Below are positions 1 to 12,261 of a stretch of 64,000 nt of DNA, piece after piece. This stretch comes from Phallusia mammillata. Lineage: Eukaryota. Made by a program: the position numbers and the translations under genes. Each line of letters starts with the position of its first letter. Position 1 is the stretch's first letter. The stretch covers positions 15,748,001-15,812,000 of the forward strand of contig OZ281496.1 in the NCBI GenBank assembly GCA_965637545.1. The letters are read 5' to 3'. Under the pieces are notes generated by a model, which searched no databases, was not told where the DNA came from, and worked only from the letters and a program-made list of their open reading frames with translations.

Positions 1-301
1 GGTAAATTGCTGACCGTTGGTGCAATTTAGCTTTGGGTGATCTTTAAAAATAATATAACATTTAAACGCTGTTTCAGTCGACACGAGATTCAACAAATTT
101 TCTGACGTTCAGCATAATTGCTTGCGCGGAAAACGATGAATCACGGAACAGTCAGTGCTAGGCGAATATTGTATGTAGGTACTAGTTTCAATGATACGTT
201 TTCGTAAAACTTCCCCCGACTTTAATAGCGCTATGTGAGCGTTTTCATCCGTTTTAGTGATTACGTGATGTGCGATTTAGCGTTTTAGTGTCACCCTGAG
301 G

Positions 302-2717
302 CTATAGTTGTTTCATTGCATCAAAATTTCGTTTGGTGTTCCGCAAACATATTTTAATGTATAAAGTGTTCCGTGGCTCAAAAAAGGTTGAAAAACACTG
401 GTCTAAGCGATTATGCTCCAACGCAGTGAACATGTGGGAGGGTACAACTAAGGCATTGTAAGTTAACTCGTTAATAAATTCTGTAATGCAACTTTCTTTA
501 ACCAGCTCTATACTGTTCCAAAGTTGTCGGTTTTCAACTTTTTTGTTGAGCATATCTGAAACATTTTCCCACGGGTATGGTATTTTGCTTTCTTCCTTTA
601 CATCTAACGATTTGTCAGCTTGATCCTTTAAGCTTTGGTTGTTTATTGTGGAAGAATGAGGTTCTGTTTGAGGCTCGTCCAATAAAAGAGCATCGGTGTC
701 ATTTTTGTCCACCATGATTTTTTTTCTTAAGAATATGAGATGCTGCTGGACTTTTCGCTGGCTTACTGAACTCAGAATTTATTTTTTCTTTGATAGGCGT
801 TGAATAATGGGGTGTCGTAATCATATCGTTTTTTTTCTCCCAGACTTTCCCTCGCCTCTTCTAGACCGTTTGCGTAACATGGAGAGAGAATAGTTGTTTT
901 GTCTCGAAGTGAAACTCCGATTGACATTTCTACCGCGTAAATGTGGAAACACTTGCCAGTACTGTTGCATGAACATCTTGATTTTGGGCAAAGTTGTACT
1001 GCATGCGATAATTTAGAAAACCTGTTGTATACTGTAAAAGAACGGCTTTATTTTTTACGTAATTAACTGCCAAACCTTTCTGTGACGTGCGGTGCGTTGG
1101 GTGTTTTTCCACAGACTTTGCACCAGGTTGAAACTTGCTCTTAATTTCTTTTACAATCGATCCTGCCAAATATGGGTTGTGGTTAGTTTTTTTGTCCGAG
1201 TGTCCGCTGTGTTTTGCTTTTGAAATTATCTCCGCAAAGTGCTGTTTGTTTATTCTGATTGGTGGTCGTCGGTGTTTGATAGAAACTCCCCCGAATACTG
1301 CAAATAGAACAAATATCACGATATTGTTACCGTACAAAATTCAATGCCAACTTACATCACTTGTCTTCACTTGCATGCAGCTTGGATTTGATTCTATTAG
1401 GTCTGTAAGTTCCGCGAAGCTTACTTTAGCTATCTCTTTACACTTGTTGTACACACCACGGCCAGATGGTGAACTACAAAGGAAAGATCAGCAAGCGAGG
1501 TTGATAAGACCATCATACCGCGAAGGTGTGCATCCTGGATTTGTAATGCAGGGGAAAACTGAAAAAAGGTTAGTTTTGCAACATTTACTATAGCCTAAAA
1601 GGGTTCTTACAACATTCACTTACTTTTGTTTTGTCATTCGTTTAGCATTCTTCAATATGTGACTTGCAAGATGAAGAAAATGGTTTATCAACAAAGGTTT
1701 CGTCATGTTTTCCCGTAGCGATTTGCCAGCAAGTCGTCAAATATTCAATTTGTGTTTAAAACAGACTTCCGTCGCACATCATCAGTCGTGGAACACTTCC
1801 TTTTATGTAAACTTTTTGCTACGGCATGGCAAAAGCGGATGTTGTGCCGAAAGGAAACAAATGTTGCAACGGCGAGTGGTGGCTTTCCAGATATTGGGTG
1901 GCGCACAACAATTTCATAGTGTGTTTCACCGAGGATGATGCTGCCAGCAGCATCAGCATACACACTGTCATCTCGTGAAATGTTTTGATCAAGTTTAATA
2001 AGTTCCTCATTGCACAAAATGATACCTTTGGGTTCCATAAAAACTGCTTTGAGGTTACTTTAAGGTTTTTTGAGGAGTTCCTTTAAGGTTTTTTGAGGAG
2101 ACCAGTTATTCGTTTTCGTGGAGTGTTTTGATTTTACGGGCTTCCGTACGGATTTTCTTTAAGGTTGCTTTGCTTGGACATTTGTCGCTGCATTTACTGT
2201 CATATTCTGCTTTCGTAAGATTTCGAAGGTTGTTGAAGAACGCGTCCCTAGGAAGAGTGTGCTGCATCGTTTCCGCCAGTTTTATTCTATCGTTGCCAGT
2301 AACACGAGCAGCGAATTCCCTTGGTTTGTGTTTGACGTTGCCCTGAAAGAATACTTTTCCTTTTTCTCTGACGAGAAGGTGATAGAAAACTGTACCGGAC
2401 AATCGGTGAAGACACAATGTCAAGAACATGTGAAGAGATCCAAATCCTCGCGTTTTGACTGAATCGACTTCACGTGGTGCCTTTTTAAAGCAAAAGTGCA
2501 AAAAACGTTATTGTTGGTTTTTATTTCCTGAACAATCCATTCGTTTCAGCAACCGTCCGAAAACAATCTTCCTGTCTGTGTTGAACGACACTTTTCCCAA
2601 ATATTTTGTCAGGTTTAATTTTTTTTATCCGACTGCCTGCAACCATGCGGCTGGCGGAAGTGCGGCGGGGGAACCTTTGGTAGAACATCATGTAATCATC
2701 AAATCAGAGTTGCACTG
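302..2717 (-). pseudogene. Degenerate Mutator-superfamily (NOF-FB-like) transposase
   Basis: Fragmented minus-strand frames give an N-terminal C..F.DC...H DNA-binding-like motif (~2300-2450), YADAAGS (first D) followed by HP..GKPPLAVA.F.S..H, PRLMMCDGS (second D) and CKSHILK (CxxH). Many stops and frameshifts; termini not found. The 302-715 ORF may be its C-terminal part. Confidence 0.55.
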
Positions 2718-3310
2718 AAAATTCACCAGCGATTAAGTCACACACAGTTAAAGAGCAATCTATTGTTGAAAAGTGATACACAGGCATAAAAAAATACTAA
2801 GGATATAGGTTTTTCACCACTTTTTTTGCTGAGGGAAACCTCGTTCATCTGGCATTTTAAAATGTTCAGAATCTAATGCAATATGAGATTTACATTAATC
2901 CTAGGAAGTACACCGTTATTTGCATTTATTTACCTGTGTCATACCAAGTACTTGACAAACAAACAATTACTGTTGCTGTTTGTGTCTAAATTGCAATTAA
3001 AAACACAGTACAAGAGTTCTATCAGAAAATTGCACAAACATTAAATACACACTACATACATATATATCATTTTAACTCAGTGTGGTCAAAGACAATGAGC
3101 AAAAAAGTCTCTTACCAACGTGTTTTCCAGCTGTTTTGAATGTCTCACTTTGATCTAAAAGTTCTGAATCTGAAAAAAATGCAAGGTTTTTGCTATTTCT
3201 GCCCAGTACACAGATATTTGCTTCTATTTTCACAAAAGTAGTCGTTCATTGTAAAAATGTACCTGCAATGTTCATGCATAAAAAAAATCATGAAATGTTA
3301 TATGTTACAA

Positions 3311-3385
3311 CAGTGGTTCCCAACTTTTTTTTGTCGCGACCCAAATACTTACCAAAATTTTGTTTTGTGGCCTCTCGCGACCCAT
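3311..3385. mobile_element. Truncated hAT MITE end
   Basis: CAGTGGTTCCCAAC terminus followed by two TCGCGACCC motifs; no partner TIR seen. Confidence 0.45.
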
Positions 3386-3523
3386 GGATATGCATTCTTA
3401 CTATTTGGGTTGTATTTTTGTTTGTAAATCAGGAAAGTTTTTCGAAAATTACTACGTTAGAAAAATAAAAAAACATCAAAGAAAAATTATTCGTTCTTCC
3501 GCCAACTTAGAGCTGGTTCAAAG

Positions 3524-5995
3524 TAGTGATGCACCGAAGTTTCGGCCGGCCGAAACATTTAGGCCGAATACGCTGTTTTCCAATGTTTCGGTTTCGGCCC
3601 GAACTTTTTTGTATGCAGAAAAACAATACCAAAGCTTCAGAAAAAGCACTTTTTGCGCACACTACGACAACTGCAAACATTTTATTATGTCCATGTTACC
3701 ACAAAAATAATTTTGACAAACAGCAGGGCCTACTTTTACGGAGTCAATTAACATGAGGAAACAGCTACTGATTGTCACAGGTGCCAAATCGATTTGTGAT
3801 GTAGAAACAGTAATTTCTCGGCATTTCTAGGGAGAAGTGGGTTTCTTTTGTCTTCATACAAAGTGCCGGCTTCACTAAACATTCTCTCGTTGTAAACAGA
3901 TGATGCAGGGGCACACAAGATTTTTTTAGATACCAGGGACAGCACGTTAAAAGTGGTTGAGTTGCAAGCCCACCACTCGTTAGGCTTAGACGACCTTTCA
4001 AGGATAAGTAAGGCCAAAAATGAGTCAAGTTCAGCACTTATTTGGGTAATTTGGTTTTGTGCTTCATTACTGCCTGATGATTGGACACTGCTGGCTTTTG
4101 TTTCATTTACAATTTCGCTGAACGACCATATGTCTATTTCGGGTGACGCACTTGCACTTCGTGATCCTTCGGATGAATGGGACCTTTCTGTTTCTGTGCG
4201 TGACCTGCCCTGCAAATTTTTTGCTTCTTCTATTAAGTATATCTTTGCACGACTCTTTGTATCGTCATCGAAAAAAAGGCACTTAAACCTTGGGTCAATG
4301 ATTGAAGAAATAAGCATAATCCTGTTACGCAAAACAGATCGTTGTCCTGTATAAAATCGTTGATGTACCGACTGCAGTAGTTTGGACTTTATGGTGTTTA
4401 TGCCGCTATCTGAAGAATGTTTGGATAAGTATAAATGTAACGCAGCAACGTTTGGTATGATTTCTGATAATAAGGCTATGTCTCGGCTGATGCTTTTTGT
4501 AATTTCCTCGAACGGTTTTAGAACATGAATTAGACTTTCAATAGTTTTCCAATGGTCAAAATTCAGTGAGTCAAGTTTGCTTTCTGACAAATATATTTGA
4601 AGTGGTCGTTTTATGTCCAATATTCGGCAAAGCATATAATACGTCGAATTCCACCTTGTAGCCACATCTTGTATCGGTAACAGGGCTTGCATTCCTAGGT
4701 CAAACCGAATGCCCTTTAATGTAGTTGTTGCACGAGAAGAGTGTTTAAAGTGACCTACGATTTTGCGACATCGAATGATGGTTTCTTTTCCCTCTTCTTC
4801 AGCAAAAATAGAATCCTTGATACACAACTGCAGCTTGTGAATAAAGCAATGCACTGAAGGAATATCGGCCAATCGTGAACCCGAAGCCATGTTAGCAGCG
4901 CCGTCACGAACAAGAACGGTTATTTTTTCGTTGTTTATGTTCCATTCTTCTAACAGGTCATTGAACATGGTTTTAATATTTTCTGCGGTATGTTTTTCTG
5001 GAAAGTGTCGTACGTTTGAACCTGCACTTCGTAAGCTAAAGTTTGGCAAAAGCCAATGACCGCTTATGCTGATGAAAGATTCCAGGTTATTTGGTGCTGT
5101 CCATACGTCGGAGGTAATGGAGATGTTTGTGGCCTTGTCCAGTTCGTTTTTTATCATGTTTCGTTGGTCGTCATACACTTTAGGAAGCAAAGTTTCTGCA
5201 AAGTATTTTCGGGATGGAATTTGATACTGTGGTTGAAGATGTTTCAGTAAAGACCGAAAGCCATCGTCGTCGACAACGGAAAATGACTGATTATCTTTTG
5301 CTATCATGTACATTATTTTTGCTGATATTAATTTTGCTTTAAAGTGGTTAATGTCCCAGACTTTAGTTGCACAAAGTTTCTCCAAAATCGTTGTTTCTTT
5401 TTTGCTGTTTGAAGTACAAGGTTGACAGGCTTCTTGTTCTGATTTTCTTTCTGGTACTCATTATGGTGGTATCTGTTCAAATGACTAATTAAAGAGGAAG
5501 TTGTCCACGATTTGGCACTGCGTTTTTTATTGCCTCTTGATACCGTGCCTTTACTACCTGCACACAGCTTACACTTTGCATTTGATGGGTCACTTTCATC
5601 TGCTACAAAAAAATCCCACACAACAGAAGTCATTCTGCTGGCTTAAACACAGCTAAGTTTTTTTGCTCAATTACAATCGAATTTACAGTTTAAGCAGACC
5701 GTTAGACTGTAACACCCATACTATATTATGACGTAACAAGGCTATTTGTTTCATTGTTGTGAAACTTTTAGAGGTCAAACGCACTTTAGGTAAACAATTA
5801 TCCTCTAATAAAATGAAGCTTGATTTTGATTCCCTTTCAGACCGGTTCAAATTTTGAACAGTTTAGAAATATTTCCACGCAAACAACAGCAGACTCGGGT
5901 GAAAAAATCCACTGTTGAAAAACTTAAGTTTCGGCCAAACGGCCGAATATTCGGTTTCGGCCCGAACTTTTTTTGGTCGGTTCGGTGCAACACTA
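3524..5995 (-). mobile_element. hAT (Ac/ZBED-type) DNA transposon, full length
   Basis: TIRs TAGTGATGCACCGAA / TTCGGTGCAACACTA (1 mismatch); exact 8-bp TSD GTTCAAAG at 3516-3523 and 5996-6003; subterminal TTCGGCC/GGCCGAA repeats at both ends. Confidence 0.95.
3775..5633 (-). pseudogene. hAT transposase with BED zinc finger, one frameshift near 5445
   Basis: BED finger (VWDFF..CKLC..SLISHLNRYH) in 5328-5633; the 536-aa frame 3775-5385 has TSDVW, DGAANM, CFIH, ATRWNSTY, PASSVYNERMFS and the dimerisation tail. Confidence 0.9.
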
Positions 5996-6052
5996 GTTCA
6001 AAGCATTATGAGCCAGACAACGATTAACGGTGATCTAACAAACATTATGACG

Positions 6053-7000
6053 TCACAAACAGAATAATTCACTATCACGCCAAATAGTCGTGTGTGTGTG
6101 TGTGTGTGTGTTTTCTATTACCGTAGGCGATTTTTTAGTAGCTTGACGTGTATTTGAAACCAGCTCACTTAGATGGCTGACATTATACAATTGTTCAGCA
6201 ACGGAAACGGAATGCCCTTTTGCACGGGCTACTGCCTCTTGTGCGTCCTTGCTTTGATTTCTCATTGCTGTTGTTGTTAATTTCCTTACTTGTGTAACCG
6301 AAATTCGCTGTGAAAATATATGAAAACATGTTACTTGAAAAATTGAATTAGACTGCGATGCAGTCATTTTCTGTCCCATATGTTGCCCTGAAAAGGATAA
6401 AAAAGCTTTTTGGTCAGGCACCGGTTCGTTTTTAAACGCTCCCAAATGTGCTTGGAAGTGGCCAGCAGTGACGATGCAACCCCCAGGTATGTTTTGTTCG
6501 TTTCGTTATTTCACCATGATTGTGTACTGGCCTTGCTTATGTGAAAAATCATTAAGTTCTTTGATGGTCATTCCTGTGATTACAGATGAGCGGCAACCAA
6601 GCTTACATATAATTTATGAAAAAATGTCTCCACAAACAGTTTTCAGAGAATTTAATTTTAAATTGATATTTTTAGGCAGCTTTTGAACATCTCTCGCATG
6701 TTGAGATCGTTCGTATTTTAAAATTGCAGCAAAAGGTATCGACAGTCCGCGCTTTATATTTTACATATTAGGAACTTTACTATTAGTTTTAGCTGTTTAA
6801 CTGATTTTTTGTTCCTTCCGAACCTTCAGCTTGTCCTTTAAGTGTTTGTAGAGGGTTTTTTATATACATCTCAAATCTTCAAACATGCGTTGTTGAGCTG
6901 TTTCAGCATCTGAAGCTTGGTGTATCCCTATTCCAATTGTTGGCATCGATTGCTTTATACCTTTTTAAAAAAGTAAAGAACTTTGTTTTATTTTCTTACA
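6053..7000 (-). pseudogene. Tyrosine recombinase (phage-integrase fold) remnant
   Basis: LGCRSSVITGMTIKEL (box I Arg, ~6560-6605), then TQVRKLTTT..ARAKGHSVSVAEQLY (R, H, Y of box II). Upstream part interrupted by stops. Confidence 0.7.
6090..6111 (+). repeat. (GT)11 microsatellite
   Basis: Direct read. Confidence 0.95.
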
Positions 7001-7041
7001 GAGTTGCTCCAATTCTTTGAAATTTCCTCTTTAGTCTAGAT

Positions 7042-7288
7042 CAGTGGTTCTTAACCTTTTTTCCTTGCTGCACCCCTTTCAAATCACTAACCAATTTTCG
7101 CTCCCCCTTTCAAATCACCAACCAATTTTCGCACCCCCTTTCAAATCACTAACCAATTTTCGCCCCCTTTTTGTAATTGCCTAAATAGAATAGACCTAAC
7201 CAATCTTAATGATTCAGCACCCCCGCACCCCCTAGGAACAGTTCTCGCACCCCTTGGGGGTGCGTGCACCCCAGGTTAAGAACCCCTG
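7042..7288. mobile_element. hAT (Buster-type) MITE
   Basis: TIRs CAGTGGTTCTTAACC / GGTTAAGAACCCCTG; TSD GTCTAGAT at 7034-7041 and 7289-7296; three internal ~31-bp tandem units CCCCTTTCAAATCAC(T)AACCAATTTTCGC. Confidence 0.93.
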
Positions 7289-8919
7289 GTCTAGATCCTT
7301 GTGCATTCTTGTAAGGTGACTATGCAATCCCATTATAACTCTTTTTTACAAAAGCAGCATTAATAACCGCTGTATGTTTTTTTCTACGAGCGCTCCTTCC
7401 TTTTGCGGAAAGTCAGCAGCCCAGCTGCTTATGGCCTGGCAAATCACATAAACGATGTCTCTGGATATGAAAAAAAAGTATTATGACAAGGTAACACGCT
7501 GCAATAACAAGTCAACACCTATGTAAAACTAAGGAACTATCGAAAAACAGTTGTGTCGTCGGTCTTATCTGGTGCAAAAACTAGTGATGGTATATTGTAC
7601 GGGCGTAATCGTGTTCCATTGGATGTTACTGTAAATCCTTTACCCCCCGAGACGTCAGTTAAGTTCAATTTAAACGAAGGGAAGTTGTGATGTATGTATT
7701 TATCTCTAGATGACGTCACGTGTCGTATATAACCGTGTACCACGTCTAAAACGTGGCAGTCAATACAGGTATTCGCTTAAAGGTGTGTGAGTTCATGGCA
7801 AATGCATGGTCAGAAAAAACTTTATCCATATTTACCTCATGTAAGAGTCGAACGTTCTCCGGGTAAAATGCTTTTTGTTAAGTTTGGAGGATTGGCTTAA
7901 TGCTAGGACAAGCTTGTCAAAAAGCTCTGGTGCCAATCTAAACGTATTTAAAAAAAAGCTTTGTCGCAAGCGACGCATAACATTAACCAGTTTAAAGTAG
8001 TCTCCTGAAAGTAATGTTTCTGGCTTACTTTTAAGACAAAACCACGACTTAAAAACAACCTTTTTCGCCTTTGGAAACTAGGGTGATTTCTGTTCTTTTA
8101 AGCCATTCTTTTCGTTTTTGAAATCAAAAAAAGAAGTAAACACCTAATAACAGACATCCTTAGTGCATTAGCGGACAAATGTTCAAAATTATGCACCCAT
8201 TGTCCAAACTTTGTTTGCTAAGGTGCTTGTTTTTTAGAGTTGTTTTAAGGTAAACATTATACATTTGTGGACTAGGGATTCTATGTCAGTCCTCTACCAC
8301 CAAACAAACCAATTTCAAAGCCTTCAAACACTGCACTAACGGCTAGCCACGGAAAAAAATAGTTTAGACGCGTTCGAGCACTGCTGTCTTTATTTAAAAC
8401 ACTATATAAAACAAGCTCTGCAATATTGGCAAAGTCACTGCGCTGCACAAAAATCAACACAACTCAACAGTACGACAGCCGGGGAAGAACTCCTCGTAAC
8501 AACACGTGGCCCGCCAGAGGACTGGAAAACACTCCAAAAAGGGATCGCGACGAAACTAGTAAAAGAAACAAGAAAACCAACAAGTCACATGGTCCAAACC
8601 CACTGGTCAATTATCATAGCCCTAGCGGCTTACTTTAGAATGTAACACCTGAGATTGTAGCCGGAATGCTGCAAAAGGCAACGACAGGGGAGGAGTAAAA
8701 ATAGGTGCAGTGAACACAAGGTGTGCCGTGGGTTAAATTCCCGTATAATGAAAAACAATGCACTGAAAAGCAATCGAACAGTTAAAAGGTAACCGTGAAC
8801 GTAACATAAAGATGTGAAGCGGAATTAAGTGAAAAACATGAAAAACACATCGTGAAATTAAGGTAACTAACTTCCGTTTTAGGAAAATAAGCACATACAC
8901 AGAAAACAAACTTAGTGAA

Positions 8920-9408
8920 CTAAAGACAATGCAAGACACAGGTGGTGGCTAACGTGAAACAAGGTGATAACATAACGACGCAAAAATTTCGGTAACAGTT
9001 GTAGTAATTTTCCTTTTGTGATTGTTTGTCTAAAAATTTAATTGTTACGACATAAGTACAAGTCATGAGACGACTGTACGACGTGTCGGTAAAAAGGTGG
9101 CGTGCGAGTTCGAGAAGTTGGTCGTGGTCAAAAAACGCCCCCTTAAAGGATTTTGACGCTGAGAGTTTCGCAATGGCTCGCCTGGTGCTGTAAGAACACA
9201 AAGATAACATTAGACCCGGATTGTCGCAAGTGGGACACCAAAGCCATATAGATATGCACATACCTTTGCAAAATTTGTTGTTACTCTTTTGTCGACAAGT
9301 GGCAAAGATCTTCCAGGTGTTGCGAGTCTTCTTAGGGGCTTGATAAAGACACTGTGGATTTCTCACACACACAGTGGTCTGCAAGCGAGCTTTACGCTTG
9401 CATGTCAA
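8920..9408 (-). CDS. Orphan 162-aa Cys-rich ORF
   Basis: Open ATG-started frame with several Cys clusters (CPTC etc.); TATATAA on the minus strand ~65 bp upstream (9470-9477). No family recognised. Confidence 0.35.
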   Translation of the reverse strand: MTCKRKARLQTTVCVRNPQCLYQAPKKTRNTWKIFATCRQKSNNKFCKGMCISIWLWCPTCDNPGLMLSLCSYSTRRAIAKLSASKSFKGAFFDHDQLLELARHLFTDTSYSRLMTCTYVVTIKFLDKQSQKENYYNCYRNFCVVMLSPCFTLATTCVLHCL

Positions 9409-9719
9409 AGATGTATAACTTTTTTTGCTTTATAAGCCTCAGTGTAGGTCTAGAGGGGCACAAGGAACGTTATATAAGTGCCCGTAGTGTGTTTTAAAGC
9501 AAGTATTACACAAAATTGAATTCCAACCACCTACTACTGTTGGCAACGTTGACGTTAAACAGAAAAATACGCAATATGACTCGGCCAAAACCAACTAAAA
9601 CGTTAAACAAGGTATATTAAAGTACAGACAAACACGACATGATGAAACTTTCCCTGTTTGCCATATTCTTGTCTGTCTGTGCCTGTCAGCCATATTCTTT
9701 TTCTGCAGAGCATGCCGTT

Positions 9720-10060
9720 TTCAAAAAGCCCCAAATCGTATTCACCTTTTTTACAATGAATTTGTTATAGTGCCAGACTACATTTCTGTCGCAAACATTT
9801 TTTGGAACTGTTACCTTTACACAACCAGGGTGGTACCATTCCTTGCATCTGTCGCATTTGATATAAAACTGTTTGTTATAGTCCCTGATGCGCTCAGCTG
9901 CGAATGCTATCGCGAATGGACCGCAGATTCCTGATCCTGCTGTCTGTCGAGGAACATTGGGGAAAACACAATTAATATTTTTGTTGTTATCATAACAGAA
10001 GGGGCATGGTCTAAAAATACATTGGACGCAGTAATTACCCTTGACATTTATGATTTAAGC
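9720..10060 (-). pseudogene. Ulp1-like cysteine protease C-terminus + PHD finger remnant
   Basis: Minus-strand translation IINVKGNYCV..., VPRQTAGSGICGPFAIAFAA (Q..CG nucleophile motif), then CDRCKEWYHPGC (second half of a PHD). This module is typical of TE-borne proteins. Confidence 0.6.
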
Positions 10061-10759
10061 AAATTTTTGCTGGGCTGTGTGAATAGGGGACGTGTTTGTA
10101 CAAACGAAAAACGCCAAACAACTTTGCACCAATATGAGGAAGATGCTGAGAAAGAATCTACATTGTTGAGTCTATATGACTATAACCAAGCCAAGTTTTG
10201 TTCCCTTTTACATCCAATAAGTCATTTGACATTAAGGAAAATTTTCTTTCCCGCTTTGTTGCACAACAGCTCCGCGCTAAACTGAATGTTCGTGATCACA
10301 TAAACATTTTGTTAATTGACGCTGATTTTTCTGCTTTGCATTGTTATCTCGCTGAACTGCAGAGCCTAAGCAGTCCCGCAAAGACACTGTAGAAGATTGC
10401 CTATACTTTCCAATGCCTTTGTCTGGAGCTGTGAGCCTATTCCGTCATTTTTCTGCTTCTCTTGATCCTGTTTTTTTTTTGTTGCATCCTCTTTTCTCTT
10501 ATCCTAATACCATATTTGTACTCGCGGACCAACCCAAGATAAGTGGTGGCGTTGGTGTGGTCAGTGCTGGTGGTGCAGGTGTTGGTTTGCTCCTCGGTGT
10601 CGGCCGTAGTCTAGCGTTGGTGCCGGTGGTGGTGGTGGTCTGCTCCTTGGTGTGGTCATTGTTGGTGGTGGTGATGACGTTGTTGTGGGTTGTGTAATCT
10701 GTAGAGTTTTAAGTTTGTTTGTTTTTTATTTTTTTCAGAAACAACTTATTATAAAAACT

Positions 10760-11545
10760 TACCCGGGGTTTTACCAACAATCTTGCTGCTTGAGCATAGG
10801 TTTGGCGGACCTCCGTTGGCTTCTTTCTCTTGGTATCTGATACCGGCAAATCAGACAACGCAGGAAAAACCCCGGAAAGTGATGCATGAGTTTGTTTCCT
10901 GACTGACTTTGCATTTGTGCCATACAAATGGAGATCATCTTTCGGATAGTCAGGGTGCCAGGCTGTTGCAACTTTGTTCTTTCATCTATTCAAATTTAAT
11001 CCTTTTTGTTTTACTCGTAATCTATTTAGGAATTGAATAAAACCTTCATCTTGCTTTTGTCTCATGATTTGATGTAACTCAATTAGTTGAAATTGAGCCC
11101 AAAAATCAGGATGGAGGGAATCGGGCCTATGTTTTAATAATGAAGTGCCACACACTGGAGTAATTTGGAAAAAAATCACCAACAGCTAAAATAGAAATGT
11201 TGCCAAATGATGAGTCTGGGTCTGCAGGGCGTAGAATCTGTTTAAGTCTTTGGCTAATGTGCATCATGGTTTTGATCAACTATTGAAACCTGCTTTGGAA
11301 GCTTACCTCATCTATGACAAGAATTTTTAGATGTGCAAGTTTCAGTGATGTGAGTTTTTCTTCAGAGAGTGGCTTATACTGCTTGTTTGGTTTCACAATG
11401 CTCAAAGCAGAATGAATAGTAGTTCCACTTTGTAAGATCAATATTTATGGCTTCGAGTTTATTGTGACAACACAATGAAAACAAACACATACCAATGTTG
11501 AAAGCAGCTGTTCCAGTGAATGCCGTCAACAACACTGTGACTGCC
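10760..11545 (-). pseudogene. PIF1-family (Helitron/Helentron-type) SF1 helicase remnant
   Basis: LLTAFTGTAAFNIG, LKILVIDEVS, FGNISILAVGDFFQITPV, W.QFQLIELHQIMRQKQDEGFIQFLNRLR; broken by frameshifts. Confidence 0.8.
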
Positions 11546-12261
11546 GTTTTTTGCTAACAGTCACGCTGAGGGTATTAACAGTATAATTGACTGTCTTGGC
11601 GACGAAAGCTAGTCAGCTGTATAAGAATCTCAAACAACATGTACGGTCAGCAAGATGGTATATTCATCCGAAATTGAGATCACGACATGCGTACACGCGT
11701 TTTCTATAAGCAACACAAATAGGTTACAAGTGAAACAGCGAAGTAAGTGAAAGCATTAACACACTCACCGAATACTCGTGGCTTTATAGAAACTTCACCG
11801 CATTTACATAATTGTTTATATTAAATTAATATTGATTCCTAAATAAAACACATGCATTATTACTAAATAAGCAGATATTAACAGATACAATTTAGTCATT
11901 TGCGAGAGATCAAGTCGCTCATTTAAGAATCTCGTGTTACGTTACAAACGATTTCTATGGTCACACAAGATTAACATTATTTAAAAAGGGGAGCAACTTT
12001 TCGCCATAACAAACACCATTGCATCATCTGGTGTGTCAGAAAAACTACGATGTCACAAAAATTGTTAAATTTGGCCACTTCTTTTTTAACGAACCGAAAA
12101 ATGGGAAGTGACAGACAAACCACGACGAGGGAGGTATAGCTGCAACAAATTAGAATAATAGGTTTCCACATCCTTGTCACGCCGAAATTTCGGAAACCGA
12201 ATCACAGCCTGTTTTTGGCGTTTCCGAATAATTCCCATGTTGTTAGAAAGTGGAATATGTG

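Noticed and set aside
1135-1593. Plus-strand ORFs antisense to transposases/LINEs (also 3953-4354, 18550-19098, 35316-35725, 53679-54110, 58161-58890)
   Set aside because: Shadow frames of the coding strand.
2050-2100. Short duplication TTAAGGTTTTTTGAGGAG x2 (also ATAGGCGTTAGGTG x2 at ~63001-63033)
   Set aside because: Ordinary slippage duplications with no further structure.
7070-7170. CRISPR-like 31-bp repeats
   Set aside because: Units are adjacent with no unique spacers, lie inside a hAT MITE, and no cas genes are present.
10413-10697. 94-aa hydrophobic membrane-like ORF
   Set aside because: Arises from low-complexity GGT repeats; no recognisable motif.
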